64,000 nt of DNA, taken from assembly GCF_006345805.1 (NCBI RefSeq), contig NC_042997.1, forward strand, positions 31,682,001 through 31,746,000, read 5' to 3'. The position numbers and the translations under genes are program-made. Shown one piece after another: positions 13,107-24,852 of this stretch; the stretch's first letter is position 1; each line of letters begins with the position of its first letter. The notes beneath the pieces were generated by a model. The model was not told where the DNA came from, did not search any database, and saw only the letters and a list, made by a program, of their open reading frames with translations. This DNA is from Octopus sinensis. Its lineage: Eukaryota.

Positions 13107-13109
<3 letters not shown>

Positions 13110-13473
13110 TCTCTTTTTTACTCTTTTACTTGTTTCAGTCATTTGACTGCGGCCATGCTGGAGCACCACCTTTTAGTACTTATTCTATCGTTCTCTTTTT
13201 GCCGAACCGCTAAGTGACGGGGACCTAAACACACCAGCATCGGTTGTCAAGCAATGCTAGGGGGACAAACACAGACACACAAACACACACACATATACAT
13301 ATATATACATATATACGACAGGCTTCTTTCAGTTTCCGTCTACCAAATCCACTCACAAGGCATTGGTCGGCCCGGGGCTATAGCAGAAGACACTTGCCCA
13401 AGATGCCACGCAGTGGGACTGAACCCGCAACCGTGTGGTTGGTTAGCAAGCTACTTACCACACAGCCACTCCT
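13107..13473 (-). mobile_element. SINE family B
   Basis: Near full length with a small internal deletion. Confidence 0.85.
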
Positions 13474-14357
13474 ATATATGCATTCATACATATATATATG
13501 TATATCCATTATATGATATAAATATATCGGTGTTTGTACACACGCACACAGGTACACACAATTACACGGATACACGCTCTCGTAGTCACATACACAACCA
13601 CGTGTATAAATGATATATACACATCTATATATGTGTGTTTTTGTATAGAGGTGTGTAGGTGTGTGTGTGTGTGTGTGTACTTTATTCTGTAAACCATTCC
13701 TGGTGCCATATTTGTTTCTTTATCGATCGCTTTACATCTCATTTACATCACCAGACGTTTTCCAAATGTTATCGCCCATTTTCCCTCTCTCTCTCCCTTC
13801 TTCCCTCGCTCACTCTCTCTCCTCCTCTACCGCTCTACTCTATCTCTCCGTCTCATTATTTCTGTATCTCTATAACTCCACATCTACCCACCCCCCACTA
13901 CTGTATCTGTTTCTCCTTTTTATTTCACCTTTTATTATTGCTAGAATTTTGTATGTCTGTTCTTTGTTTTGTCTTGAAACGCAGATATTGTTTTTTATAC
14001 ATATTAGATATAAAATCCGCAGCGTTTTTCTAATTCGTTCTTGTAATGTCCCTGTTCGTCGCCCTTGTATCAATAAAAATATATATTATTACCAATACTA
14101 TTGTTGTTGCTTTTGCTGTCAACCTCACAGTCATGTTTGCTTTTTTTTTTTTTGATATTTGTTATCTCCCTTGTTTGAACAAATACTCTTCATTTTCACC
14201 CAGTGTGTTGATATTTCCACTTTTAATTGCATTCCTCTCTCTCTCGCTCTCTCCCTCTCTCTTTGTTCTTCTTTCAAACTCTCCTTTGCTCACACATAAA
14301 AAAAAAAAAACACACTAGATCATTCCCTATCTCACTAAATTTTTCTATTAATCTATA

Positions 14358-14930
14358 CGTTTCAGTTATCTGACTGCGGCGATGCTGGAGCACCGCTTTA
14401 AAGAACTTTAGTCGAAGAAATCAGCACCAGGACTTTTTTGTAAGCCTAGTATTTATACTATCGAACTGTTTTGGCGAACCGCCAAGTTACCGGGACATAA
14501 ACACACCAATATCGGTTGTCAAGCGATAGAGGGTGGAGTGGGGGGTTTTCGAGGCAAACACACACACATACATATATGTGGATATATATATGTATATATA
14601 TATAACAACAAAATAATAAATAAAACATATGCATATATACATACATATATGTACGTACCTACATCTATATGTATATATACATGCATATATGGGTACAGGA
14701 CACCAAAAAAAAACGTCGAACACAATGAGAAACGAAAGCATAAAAACAAAACCATGGAAACGGATATTTTTTTAAACAACGAAAAAACAGAGTACAGGAC
14801 ATACAATACAAGGAAAATTTCCCTTCTTCAGTCGCCTCTGTTTCGTCTACTCCGCGTTTCGAAGATGTTTTATTTATTATTTTGTTATTATATGATGGAA
14901 CGCCACGCTTCCACTTCCAAGTAAGTTTTG

Positions 14931-14964
<34 letters not shown>

Positions 14965-15089
14965 CGACGGGCTTCTTTTAGTTTCCGTTCACTAAATCCA
15001 CTCACAAGGCTTTGGTCGGCTCAACTGTATAGTAGAAGATACTTGCCCAAGGTGCTACAACTTCTTACCACACAGCCACGCCTGGGCCT
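14358..15089 (-). mobile_element. SINE family B, interrupted in its internal microsatellite
   Basis: The 3' half (about 14358-14560) and 5' half (about 14965-15089) are separated by (TA)n and a foreign insert. Confidence 0.7.
14690..14905 (-). mobile_element. Possible Penelope-like fragment inserted in the microsatellite of a SINE
   Basis: Minus strand has CGAAACG, CTGAAGA with an adjacent hairpin, and a T-rich tail resembling 6440-6497. It lies between the two halves of the SINE at 14358-15089. Confidence 0.3.
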
Positions 15090-15114
15090 AAAATTGTCCT
15101 TTTCGAAACATAAA

Positions 15115-15322
15115 CTCATTAGTCAGGTTTCACAGACTCTGTGGCCGATATATTTCTCCCCAGTCCGTCGCAGGATTATCCCCATTTTAACCAGCTGAGT
15201 GGCTGGTGCAACGCGCAATGAAGTGTTTTGGTCAAGAACTAATGAAGTGTTTTGTTCCTGGAATCGACACCGCACTCTTACGATCATGACTGCAACACCT
15301 TAACGACTAAGCCATACGCCAC
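15115..15322 (-). mobile_element. SINE family D, degenerate
   Basis: Minus strand reads ggcgtatggcttagtcgttaaggtgttg...caaaacacttcatt...ccactcagctgg. Confidence 0.65.
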
Positions 15323-15540
15323 CTTTTCTCTAGGCAAGCAGTTATTCTGTGCTGACGAAGGGAAATAACCCAGAAACCATTGGTACATAGATATTACTTT
15401 GAGCTGAGTGTGGACGCTAAACTCACTTGTTCGAAAATATAAGAACACAGATAGTATGTCTTACAGCTAGCTGGAGATGATGTTTCCTGGGGCTAAATAA
15501 CAGTAACAATCGTCATAACCAGGATATGACAATTAGTTGG

Positions 15541-15615
15541 TTGTCATAATAAAACTCAGAGTTTCGGACACCGGGGCTGAAGTCTGTTCCGGCATTTCAT
15601 CAGTTATTAAGGCAA
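15541..15615 (-). ncRNA. Type I hammerhead ribozyme-like motif (minus polarity, mirror copy)
   Basis: The reverse complement of the left arm reads TTGCCTTAATAA-CTGATGA-AATGCCGG...CCGGTGTCC-GAAAC tctga GTT-TTATTATGACAA. Confidence 0.5.
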
Positions 15616-15621
15616 AACGAA

Positions 15622-15696
15622 TTGTCTTAATAACTGATGAGTTGCCGGAGCAGACTTCAGCCCCGGTATCCGAAACTCTGAGTTTTATTATGACAA
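15622..15696 (+). ncRNA. Type I hammerhead ribozyme-like motif (plus polarity)
   Basis: TTGTCTTAATAA-CTGATGA(15634-15640)-stem II-GAAAC(15672-15676)tctgaGTT-TTATTATGACAA. Stem I has 11 of 12 pairs, stem III is ACT/AGT with a GUU triplet, and the base of stem II is imperfect. Confidence 0.55.
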
Positions 15697-15878
15697 CCAA
15701 CTAATTGTCACATATCCTATTTATAAATTCCCCTATTTTACATAATATCGAGGTTTCATTCACTGTTTTGTTGTCATATTATTATTATTATTATTAATAT
15801 ACACATATATATATATACATACACACAGACACACACATACATATCTATATTATATCTATCTATCTATCTATCTATATG

Positions 15879-15911
<33 letters not shown>

Positions 15912-15942
15912 CATCATCATCATCATCGTTTAACGTCCAATA

Positions 15943-16012
<70 letters not shown>

Positions 16013-16679
16013 ATATATATTTTTTCCTTACTCCTATTTCCATCTCACCCCCTCTCTCTCTCTCTCTCTTTATCTCTCTCGATCTATCTATCTATCTATT
16101 TATCTATCTACATCGCTAACTATCTCGCTGTGTGCTTTTCCTGAAGCCATCTCCGATATCCCGAAGACAATTCTATAAAATGTTGATAACTGCAATACAT
16201 TTCGAGGAGATTTAAAGCCCAGTATTAAATAAATCCCATTTCCCCTTGTTATCAATTCTTGTTGTTTATTACTGGTGTTTATTATTATTATCATATTGTT
16301 ATTGTCGTTGTTGTTGTTGTTGCTGTTATTACCGTATTTTTTTTTATTATTCTTTGTTTCCTGTTTTAGTTATTCGTTGTTAACTTCCTCTTTTCTTAGT
16401 TTTCTAGCGTTCTTTTCCTAAACAAAAAAAAAATAGAAGCAAATCTAAAAAGGAAAATAACAAAAGATTTGAAGTGTCAGTCACACAAGATGGCGCTGCG
16501 GTGTAATAAAACCAATTGTTGCCATAACTGTTGATAGCAAATGCAAATATCATCACACCTCCCCCGACTCCCACGTCCTCCCATCAAACCGATAACGTCT
16601 GTTCTTGAAGCAGCACAAGATATATTTTCTTTCGAGCTGGGTTGTGTGGATCGGTGTTGTTGCCTGTTCGTAATGTGGT

Positions 16680-16894
16680 TGTTGCTGTTGTTGTTGTTGT
16701 TGTTGTTGTCGTCGTCACTGCTACTACAACTGCTGCTGCTTGCTACTACGGATTGTGGTGGTGGTAATAAGGACGCCGATGACGACGACGATAGTGATGA
16801 TGATGATGATGAAGGCAGTTGTGGTTAGGGTTGTTATAAGGGAGATTATGGAGGTAATGGTAACAGTGGACAATTTGTGATGGTGATGTTGTTT

Positions 16895-16925
<31 letters not shown>

Positions 16926-17125
16926 CGACGACGATGATGATGATGATGATGATAACGATGATGAGGTGAGCGAAGGTGGCACTTGAATTTGAAGTGAAGG
17001 TTGTGGTGATGGAGTGGTAGAGGTGATGGAAGGCCCTGGATGGTGGTGATGGTGATGTTGTTTATGATGATGATGATGATGATGATGAAGATGATGATGA
17101 TGATGAAGATGATGATGATGATAAA

Positions 17126-17157
<32 letters not shown>

Positions 17158-17660
17158 GGTGGAGGAGTATGGTGATGATGATGATGATAATGATCATGAT
17201 GATGAGGAGGAGGTGGAGGATGATGGGATGAGGGATGACGGTGATCGAAGTTTTGGTGGTGGCTGCTGAGGTGCTGGTATTTTCTGTCTTGGTGGTGGTG
17301 TTGGCAGCGATGTTTTTTTAAAATTTGTTTGCATTGGTGATTGTTTTGTTGGTACTTAATGATGATGATGATGATGATGTTGATGATGACGACCGTGATG
17401 TCGACTACGACGACGATGATGATGACAATGCTGCTGATGATGATTACGATGATATTTGCGATGGTGGTTATTGTTTTTATGATCTTTGTTCATGGTATAT
17501 TAATTGTGGGTGCTGATAGTGGTGAAGGTGGTGTAGGTGGTGGCAGCAGTGTTGCTGCTGCTGCTGCTGCTGCCGCTGCTGCTAGTAAAGTATTTTATCA
17601 GAATAGTTGATGATGATGATGGTGGTGGTGGTGGTGGTGGTGGTGGTGGTGATGGTGTTA
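16680..17660. repeat. Compound trinucleotide low-complexity region (GTT/GAT/GGT/GCT)
   Basis: Read directly. Confidence 0.95.
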
Positions 17661-17979
17661 GTGCTAGTGACGGTAAAAGGACGATATTGTTAGAATCAGT
17701 TTTTCTTCTATTTTTACGACCAGTGAGAGTATAAATCATTCCGTACAGCTGTTAATGTCAGTCTTACAAGTGTGAAGTAGTTATAGCAGAAAGAGAGAGA
17801 GAGAGAGAATGAGAGAGAGAGAGGGAGAGAGAGGTTTGGAATATCCATGATTTCACCCCTTCTCCTAGCTCCCATTCTACCCATTCTGCCCACACCATGT
17901 CTCCATCTCTCCATCTACAGGCAAGAACATATTTATCTATATATTTATATATTTAGCTGTATATTTACGACTGCATTTT

Positions 17980-18647
17980 GTATATCAATATTTATGGAGT
18001 TTTGGTCCACTTTCCATCCTATGCATCTGTTTGCCTGGCCATCTGTCTCGACTAACTACGATAGAACTTACGACAGAGCAGCTACGATAGAACTTACGAC
18101 AGAGCAGCTACGATAGAACTTACGACAAAGTAGCTATGATAGAACTTACGACAAAGCAGCTACGATAGAACTTACGACAAAGCAGCTACGATAGAACTTA
18201 CGACAAAGCAGCTACGATAGAACTTACGACAAAGCAGCTATGATAGAACTTATGACAAAGCAGCTTCTTTCTAGCTACAATGTAGCTAGAAATAGCTACT
18301 ATTTCAAGTTATATCTGCTATAAATAGTATATCAATATTTATGGAGTTTTGGTCCACTTTCCATCCTATGCATCTGTTTGCCTGGCCATCTGTCTCGACT
18401 TACTACGATAGAACTTACGACAGAGCAGCTACGATAGAACTTACGACAAAGCAGCTACGATAGAACTTACGACAAAGCAGCTACGATAGAACTTACGACA
18501 AAGCAGCTACGATAGAACTTACGACAAAGCAGCTACGATAGAACTTACGACAAAGTAGCTATGATAGAACTTATGACAAAGCAGCTTCTTTCTAGCTATA
18601 ATGTAGCTAGAAATAGCTACTATTTCAAGTTATATCTGCTATAAATA
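17980..18647. repeat. 26-bp minisatellite within a higher-order tandem duplication
   Basis: Unit AGCTACGATAGAACTTACGACAAAGC occurs 8 times in block 1 (17980-18326, 347 bp) and 7 times in block 2 (18327-18647, 321 bp). Each block contains the palindrome TTTCTAGCTAC-aat-GTAGCTAGAAA (one substitution in block 2). Confidence 0.95.
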
Positions 18648-18793
18648 GTAGCAAAATCTCGTCCTAATATCACATACTTTCACCTGAGAAATATACATGT
18701 TGGATTATCTGGTCTTGAGTTCACTGTAGACAGAAAAAAGAAAGATGGTTACCGCTCGAATGCCGTTAATCATACGCTTGCGTCATTAGATTT

Positions 18794-18976
18794 AGCCGTT
18801 CAAGAATTTGGACCTGGAGATCTCCATTTCCAGCGACTTCGAGGGCCACTTCCCGGTGGTGTCGGGCGTCAATGAAGAGCCCTCGACTACAACAAGGTCT
18901 GGGGTCTCCCGCCCCTAAGCCCTAGACCATCATCTAATCACCCTTACCCGTCTTGTTGCTTAACAACAACAAAAAA
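18794..18976 (+). mobile_element. Unclassified ~200-bp element with an (AAC)n tail
   Basis: agccgttcaagaatttggacctggagatctccatttccagcgac...gcccctaagccctagacc...gcttaacaacaac; homologous to 47600-47840. Confidence 0.75.
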
Positions 18977-19003
18977 TCATTAGATTTAAACCTCGACAAC
19001 AAC

Positions 19004-19004
<1 letters not shown>

Positions 19005-19058
<54 letters not shown>

Positions 19059-19059
19059 A

Positions 19060-19122
<63 letters not shown>

Positions 19123-19123
19123 A

Positions 19124-19154
<31 letters not shown>

Positions 19155-19155
19155 A

Positions 19156-19206
<51 letters not shown>

Positions 19207-19224
19207 CATCTATCTATCTATCTA
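19005..19224. repeat. (TCTA)n microsatellite
   Basis: Read directly. Confidence 0.95.
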
Positions 19225-20290
19225 AAACAGAGGGTTACCCACTTGCAAACAAATGTGGTAACATATAACAATATTGACCAAGGTTACCGTGGTCTTTTTC
19301 GTAGGCTTTTCTTCCCACGGATAAACCTTACTTGCTTTCCCCTTTACACCATACATCATAACACTGTGATACACGATCCCTATTGATCGTTTTTTTTTCC
19401 TCTTCCCCTTTTTCCCCCCTTTTTCTTCTTTTTTTTCATTTCTCTTTTCTTTTGTTCCTTTTCCTTTTTTTATTTTTTTGTTCTTTTTTTCCCTTTTACG
19501 ATCCCTTTTGATCGAAAACCTACGCCACCCTTTTTTTTTTCATCCCCCAAAAGAAAAGCTCTACCTTGTAATTTGTCCCATCTGTGTGCAACCCTGTGTG
19601 GCCAGTAAAGAAACTTATCTATCTAACTGTCTATTATTTATATATATATATATATATATATAATCGTCATCGTCTTCGTTTGGATTATCTTCATCATGAT
19701 AATCAGTAACACAACAACAAGTATCTCCGATCTTATTCCTTTCTTTTTTCTACTCTTTGTTTTGTTTTTTTTTGCTTTATCAGCATGAAAATACATGCGT
19801 TGAATGACGTAATTTTTTTATACAAGATGTAGTGGTCATTGTAGGAATGTTTTTATGATCAATGAGCTCAGTCACGACTGTAATGGATTTTTAAAAATAC
19901 AACGACCAATGAAGGAAATTCTATATAGTCGCCGATTTGTTAGAAATAGCGACCAAGTCTCCACCAGATCACATACTGCCGTTTTTATATAAAGGCGATA
20001 TTGGACAACGTAATTAAAACTCTATGCAAAAAGGAAGATAGCCATGATGGTCATAGTTTGGAGTGCCGTTGATCATAGATTTGTTCATCAAAGCCTAATT
20101 ATAAAACTAACAACTATAACACAAAAACTTGCCAATATACATAGGCATATATATCTGGATATATGCATATTTATACTTACGTAAATATACATATTATGTG
20201 TATATATATATAGATGTGTGTGTGCGTGCGTGTTTTTGTGAGTGAGTGTACGTGTGTCTGTGTGTACACGTGCATGTTTATATACATATG

Positions 20291-20329
<39 letters not shown>

Positions 20330-20354
20330 TCATACATACATATACATATAATAC

Positions 20355-20401
<47 letters not shown>

Positions 20402-20402
20402 C

Positions 20403-20570
20403 TTCATAATTTGACACTGAATTATTGGAAGTCCACCTGAAGATTGTCGATCAAGACAAGAACGATTGTAGTGGCGGTTTATTTGACTATTTATTAAAAT
20501 TTTATGTATTGATTAAGTCTTTCCTTGTTTGTTTTGCAAAATAGTGGTTTTGTCTCTAATAATAATATTT
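20403..20570 (+). mobile_element. Hammerhead-bearing mini-element, same family as 46640-46938
   Basis: CCAC CTGAAGA TTGTC gatcaa GACAA GAAC gatt GTA GTGG at 20433-20474 (one core A is missing), followed by the same tail taagtctttccttgtttgttttgcaaaatagtggttttgtctctaa. (TA)n lies on both sides. Confidence 0.65.
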
Positions 20571-20638
20571 ATATATATATATATTATATATATATATATA
20601 TAATATATAATATATATATATATATATATATGTATGTA

Positions 20639-20669
<31 letters not shown>

Positions 20670-20730
20670 ATATATATAATTATATATGTATATATATATA
20701 TAATATATATATATATTATTATATATTATA

Positions 20731-20762
<32 letters not shown>

Positions 20763-22542
20763 AAATAATATATATATAAAATTTTATACGATATTGGTTT
20801 TCACTGGCAGAGCAAAAACAAAAACAGACTACGAGTCGGATTATATACATTAATGAATAATATTTCTCCCGAAGATAATATCAACAGAATCTCGAGTAAA
20901 GTAAATCATATTTTTTATTGTCTTTTTTCTGGGGTTTTTTGTCACATGTTTTTGTTCAATTCGTTGTGCGTTTTAGGGAGAGCGGTTGAAATATTGATAT
21001 TTCGCTTATTTATTTTTTAGGGATTTTTTTTTCGAAGCTGGGCTGACAATAAAAACTCAACGAGCGAGCGAAGAAATGAATAGATAATTTATTTGTGGAA
21101 TATAAAACCATGCTTGTCTTTGTTGTTGATGTTGTTGTTATCGTTGTTCTTTAAGTTGAGCTCTAAGTCAGTTATGTTGATTTAGACCGCTCCAATCATG
21201 ACCAACCGGTCATGTTTTTGTTCAGATACCATGCGTAATTTTCTTCTTTTTTTTTAAAGTTAATAGAATGTGGCTTGAGAGCCAGTTGGCTGTTGCTTTT
21301 AGCAACCAAGTGTTGTATTTCTGTTTTGAAATGATTTATGTTTCAAGGCGTCCCAGCTCAGTTCAACGTTATTCAATATGTCCTGCCTTCTTTTCAAGGT
21401 TGCAAGACGTCCTTTGTTGGACATGTAGCTGCTATATCTACCAGATCAGGAGAACACACAGATTTGTGATTGTTGTTGCTATCGTAGTCGTTGTCGTCAT
21501 CGTTTCTGTGTTATATTTGTCGCTATTGTTTTTTTATTGTCATTTTCGAATTCCTTCTCGTGGTCTTCGTTTCGTTGTTTAATCCCAAAGTCACTTCTCG
21601 TCAAACAGACCTTGATTGAACACGTTGCAGTGAAGACCATCCTGTACAGAAAGAAACTTGCCTTTGTTGAACCGAGGGCTAAACAACAACAAGAACAATA
21701 TAATTGTGACTGTTTTAGAAGCTGAGAGACACATTCAACAGGGATGTATAAAATGGAGTGATTTTAATGATCAATTTTCCTGACCAGGGCTGAACGGGAG
21801 CATCTGAACAATAAGGGAAAACAATGACCTTCTTATCTATTAAACTTATTGCTTCGATATTCACCTTCGTTAGTGAATATAATTAATTATCATCGCATTT
21901 CTACTGACTTTATCTTGCATTTCATTTCTCTTATAAGCTATTCAATATCCATGTTTCACAACTTCTAAACATAAGAGTCTTGTGTCAAGTAGCAGACAAT
22001 TTACGATTAAACAAAACAAATCATGTTACAATTATTTTCTTTAAATTCGAATTGCAGGTACTATTTATTGATTGCACAGAGCCGGGACAGATATCGCAAG
22101 GCATCGCATCCAATGCTTAAACATTTCCGTTCTTTACTTGCACACTTTTATCGAGCAGATAGGATGAACGGCAATGTTAACCTCGGGAGGATTTGAACTG
22201 AAAGAGCAGAGAATGAGAGCAAATACTGCGAGTATTCTATCAACCTCTTATTGAGTCTGCCAATTCGAGGTCTTATAGTTTATCTTCATTCCATTTCCTC
22301 AAAACATAAGACTGAATTAGTATTCATATACTTTCGTAACCTTAGAAAGGCAAAATAATTGTTTTGTTAATTAAATACGAAGTCGATTGAACTACCATTG
22401 TTGGATCATATTGTTTGATTCTTTTTAACGCTAGTTTAGCTCTGATACAGTAAACCTATATTCAAAGGTGTTCCACTCATGATCATCCCGTTTTCGTTTT
22501 TTTTTTTTATTTCCTATGAAAAGTAATATATTGGGTAATTTT

Positions 22543-22750
22543 AAGGCGGCAAGCTGCAGAGTCGTTAGTACGCCGAGCAGAAAGCTTAGCGGTATATCGT
22601 CCGTCCTTGCGTGCTGAGTTCCAATTCTGCCGAGGCCGACTTTGCCTTTCATCATTTCGGGGTTGATGAAATAAATACTAGTTGAGCACTATGGTCGATA
22701 TAATCGACTTAGCTCCTCCCCCGAATTTGCTGGCCTTGTGCCAGAATTTG
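22543..22750 (+). mobile_element. SINE family C
   Basis: Runs from aaggcggcaagctgcagagtcgttag to ggccttgtgccagaatttga. Confidence 0.8.
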
Positions 22751-24471
22751 ACATCAATATATTGATTAATGTTTCATCTTCATTTTTCTTGCTTAAGATG
22801 AAGTTTTTAGATTTGAAGATTTGTCAGCTATTTTTAATTGATTTGAAGAATGAGAAGTGGATTCCCTTATTCTTAAATATATCCATGAATAAACGAAGTT
22901 TTTTCACACCCCAAAATAGAAATTACCTTGTAAGCTTTACCCTAACAAATGGAAAACTGGAGTTTGTTGAAGAGATTCTTTAAAATAGATAGTGGATCAT
23001 TACTGGAAAATGATATAATGCATACATCGGAATGTTCATGGTTTCTAGGACGAGTTATTTCCGATAAATCGAACCTGATTGACCCACACTACAACTTTGT
23101 CAGGAATTTAACACCAGTGTCCTTAAATATACAGAATGTAAATATTCACTTATTGCCTGTAACGAGCACCAAATCCAATAGGTTGGTTTCTGATTGCATA
23201 GCATTCTGCTGCTGTTTCAGATCCACGATTAATCATTCTACGCTAATATTCTTAAATTATTTATGAATCTTCCCAAATATGTCCCGAAACATACCACACT
23301 GTCATAAAATGCGGAAGGATAACATCATCCCATTTTCCCCATACGTTCGCACTAACAATAACAAGAATTGTATCTCATTTAGATACAAGGCGAGAAGATT
23401 TGAAGGAACTGGGTTAATCCATACAGTCGACCTTAAGCCGTACAGTCGACCCCCAGCACTTACAGGAACATAATTTCATTGGCCACAGATGCACGAAAAG
23501 CCAAAGTTGACCGCGACAGGATTTGTTCAAGTATTCATCATAAATACCCATTGAAGAGATGAATAAGGAATTGGTAAGAAAATTTCCTTTCGGTAGCAAT
23601 AATCAATTTCATTGATTGTTATTTAAAAAAAAAACTCCGGTGAATTGTCAGCGAATTGGCAGAGTCGTGGAAGAGTCGATGAAATGCGAAGTATTTGTTT
23701 TGGTGTTGTGAGTTCATATCCCTTTTCAGTTAACTTAAACTTTTTCATTCTCATTCTTTTCCCCACACTCTCGGAATAATGGCTATGATGTCTTGTAATA
23801 ATAAAAGAAAAGAAAGCAACGGAAGACCCCTTTACATTACCCAATGAAAATTCTATAACAATCAAATACTGTTTGTCAAGGAATTCAACAGGGATTATTC
23901 CTGCAAATAAAAGGTTTGAGAATGGAAGGAGTTCAGTTCATTGTTTTCTTAGTGTCCCTCAGCAAGTAAGTTAAATAAGTAATATCGGAAATTGAATCCG
24001 GATTGTTGACGGACTCGTTAGCATCATTATTACAAGTGTTACAACTTTCGGTAATATCAACTAATTAACGAACCAATGAAGTGAAACCTTTAAATAGTCA
24101 TTCCTAGGATCTACATACGGAAGTAACTAAATATTTCCAGAAACATACCACACTGTTATAAAATGCAGAAGGATAACAGCTGAAAATGTAGTCCGAGATA
24201 CTTTCATAAATCAGGAGGATCAGGGCTGGAACGCCTTACATCATGGCTTCAATTGTGAGTAAATTTTAAAAAAAGCAAAAAACTTCCTAACAGGTAAATG
24301 AGAATGCGCATTGATCATACCTTTCCTGAAAGTTTTTATTAGCGACATAAACTTCTCGAAGCCTCCAAGGCGGAAAGGCATATAAGTGTTCAAACCATGC
24401 CACCCATGACCATTCCCTCTTATTTTGAGGCAATGCAACCAGATCTACATTATCAATAATTCTTTCGTTTA

Positions 24472-24852
24472 AGGCGACGAGCTGTCAGAAACGTTAGCAC
24501 GCCGGGCGAAATGCTTAGCGGTATTTCGTCTGCCGCTACGTTCTGAGTTCAAATTCCGCCGAGTTCGACTTTGCCTTTCATCCTTTCGGGGTCGATTAAA
24601 TAAGTACCAGTTGTGCACTGGGGTCGATATAATCGACTTAATCCGTTTGTCTGTCCTTGTTTGTATCCTCTGTGTTTAGCTCCTTGTGGGTAGTAAAGAA
24701 ATACGTATTTCGCTTGTTTTTACGTTCTGAGTCGACTTTGCCTTTCATCATTTCGGGGTCGATAAATTAAGCACCAGTTGTGTAATGGGGGTGATCTAAT
24801 CGACTGACCCCTCCCCAAAAATTTCGGGCCTTGTGCCTAGAGTAGGAAAGAA
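24472..24852 (+). mobile_element. SINE family C composite (two copies or subfamilies)
   Basis: The central domain occurs twice (about 24565-24640 and 24735-24810) with two different tails. Confidence 0.8.

Larger units (their letters stand above)
15521..15795. mobile_element. Penelope-like/retrozyme-like fragment with a fold-back inversion
   Basis: Arms 15527-15615 and 15622-15710 (89 bp, 5 mismatches, 6-nt loop) contain hammerhead motifs. GAAACTC.GAGTTTTAT.ATG..AATTGTCACATAT is homologous to 6250-6292. The AT-rich tail runs into (TAT)n/(TA)n. Confidence 0.55.

Noticed and set aside
14800-14865. Possible type II hammerhead (GAAAC...GTA...CTGAAGA on the minus strand)
   Set aside because: Stems I and II cannot be paired correctly; retained only as a weak PLE-like fragment.
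18055-18590. Regular 26-bp repeats resembling a CRISPR array
   Set aside because: Units are directly tandem with no unique spacers, there are no cas genes, and the context is eukaryotic.
21257-21725. Acceptor-like site followed by 104-aa and 62-aa ORFs
   Set aside because: No recognisable protein pattern and no consistent donor in any frame.
22760-23270. Possible LINE endonuclease remnants (NLLDLVLV on the minus strand; also 49400-50250)
   Set aside because: Similarity is too fragmentary to support a call without an HMM search.
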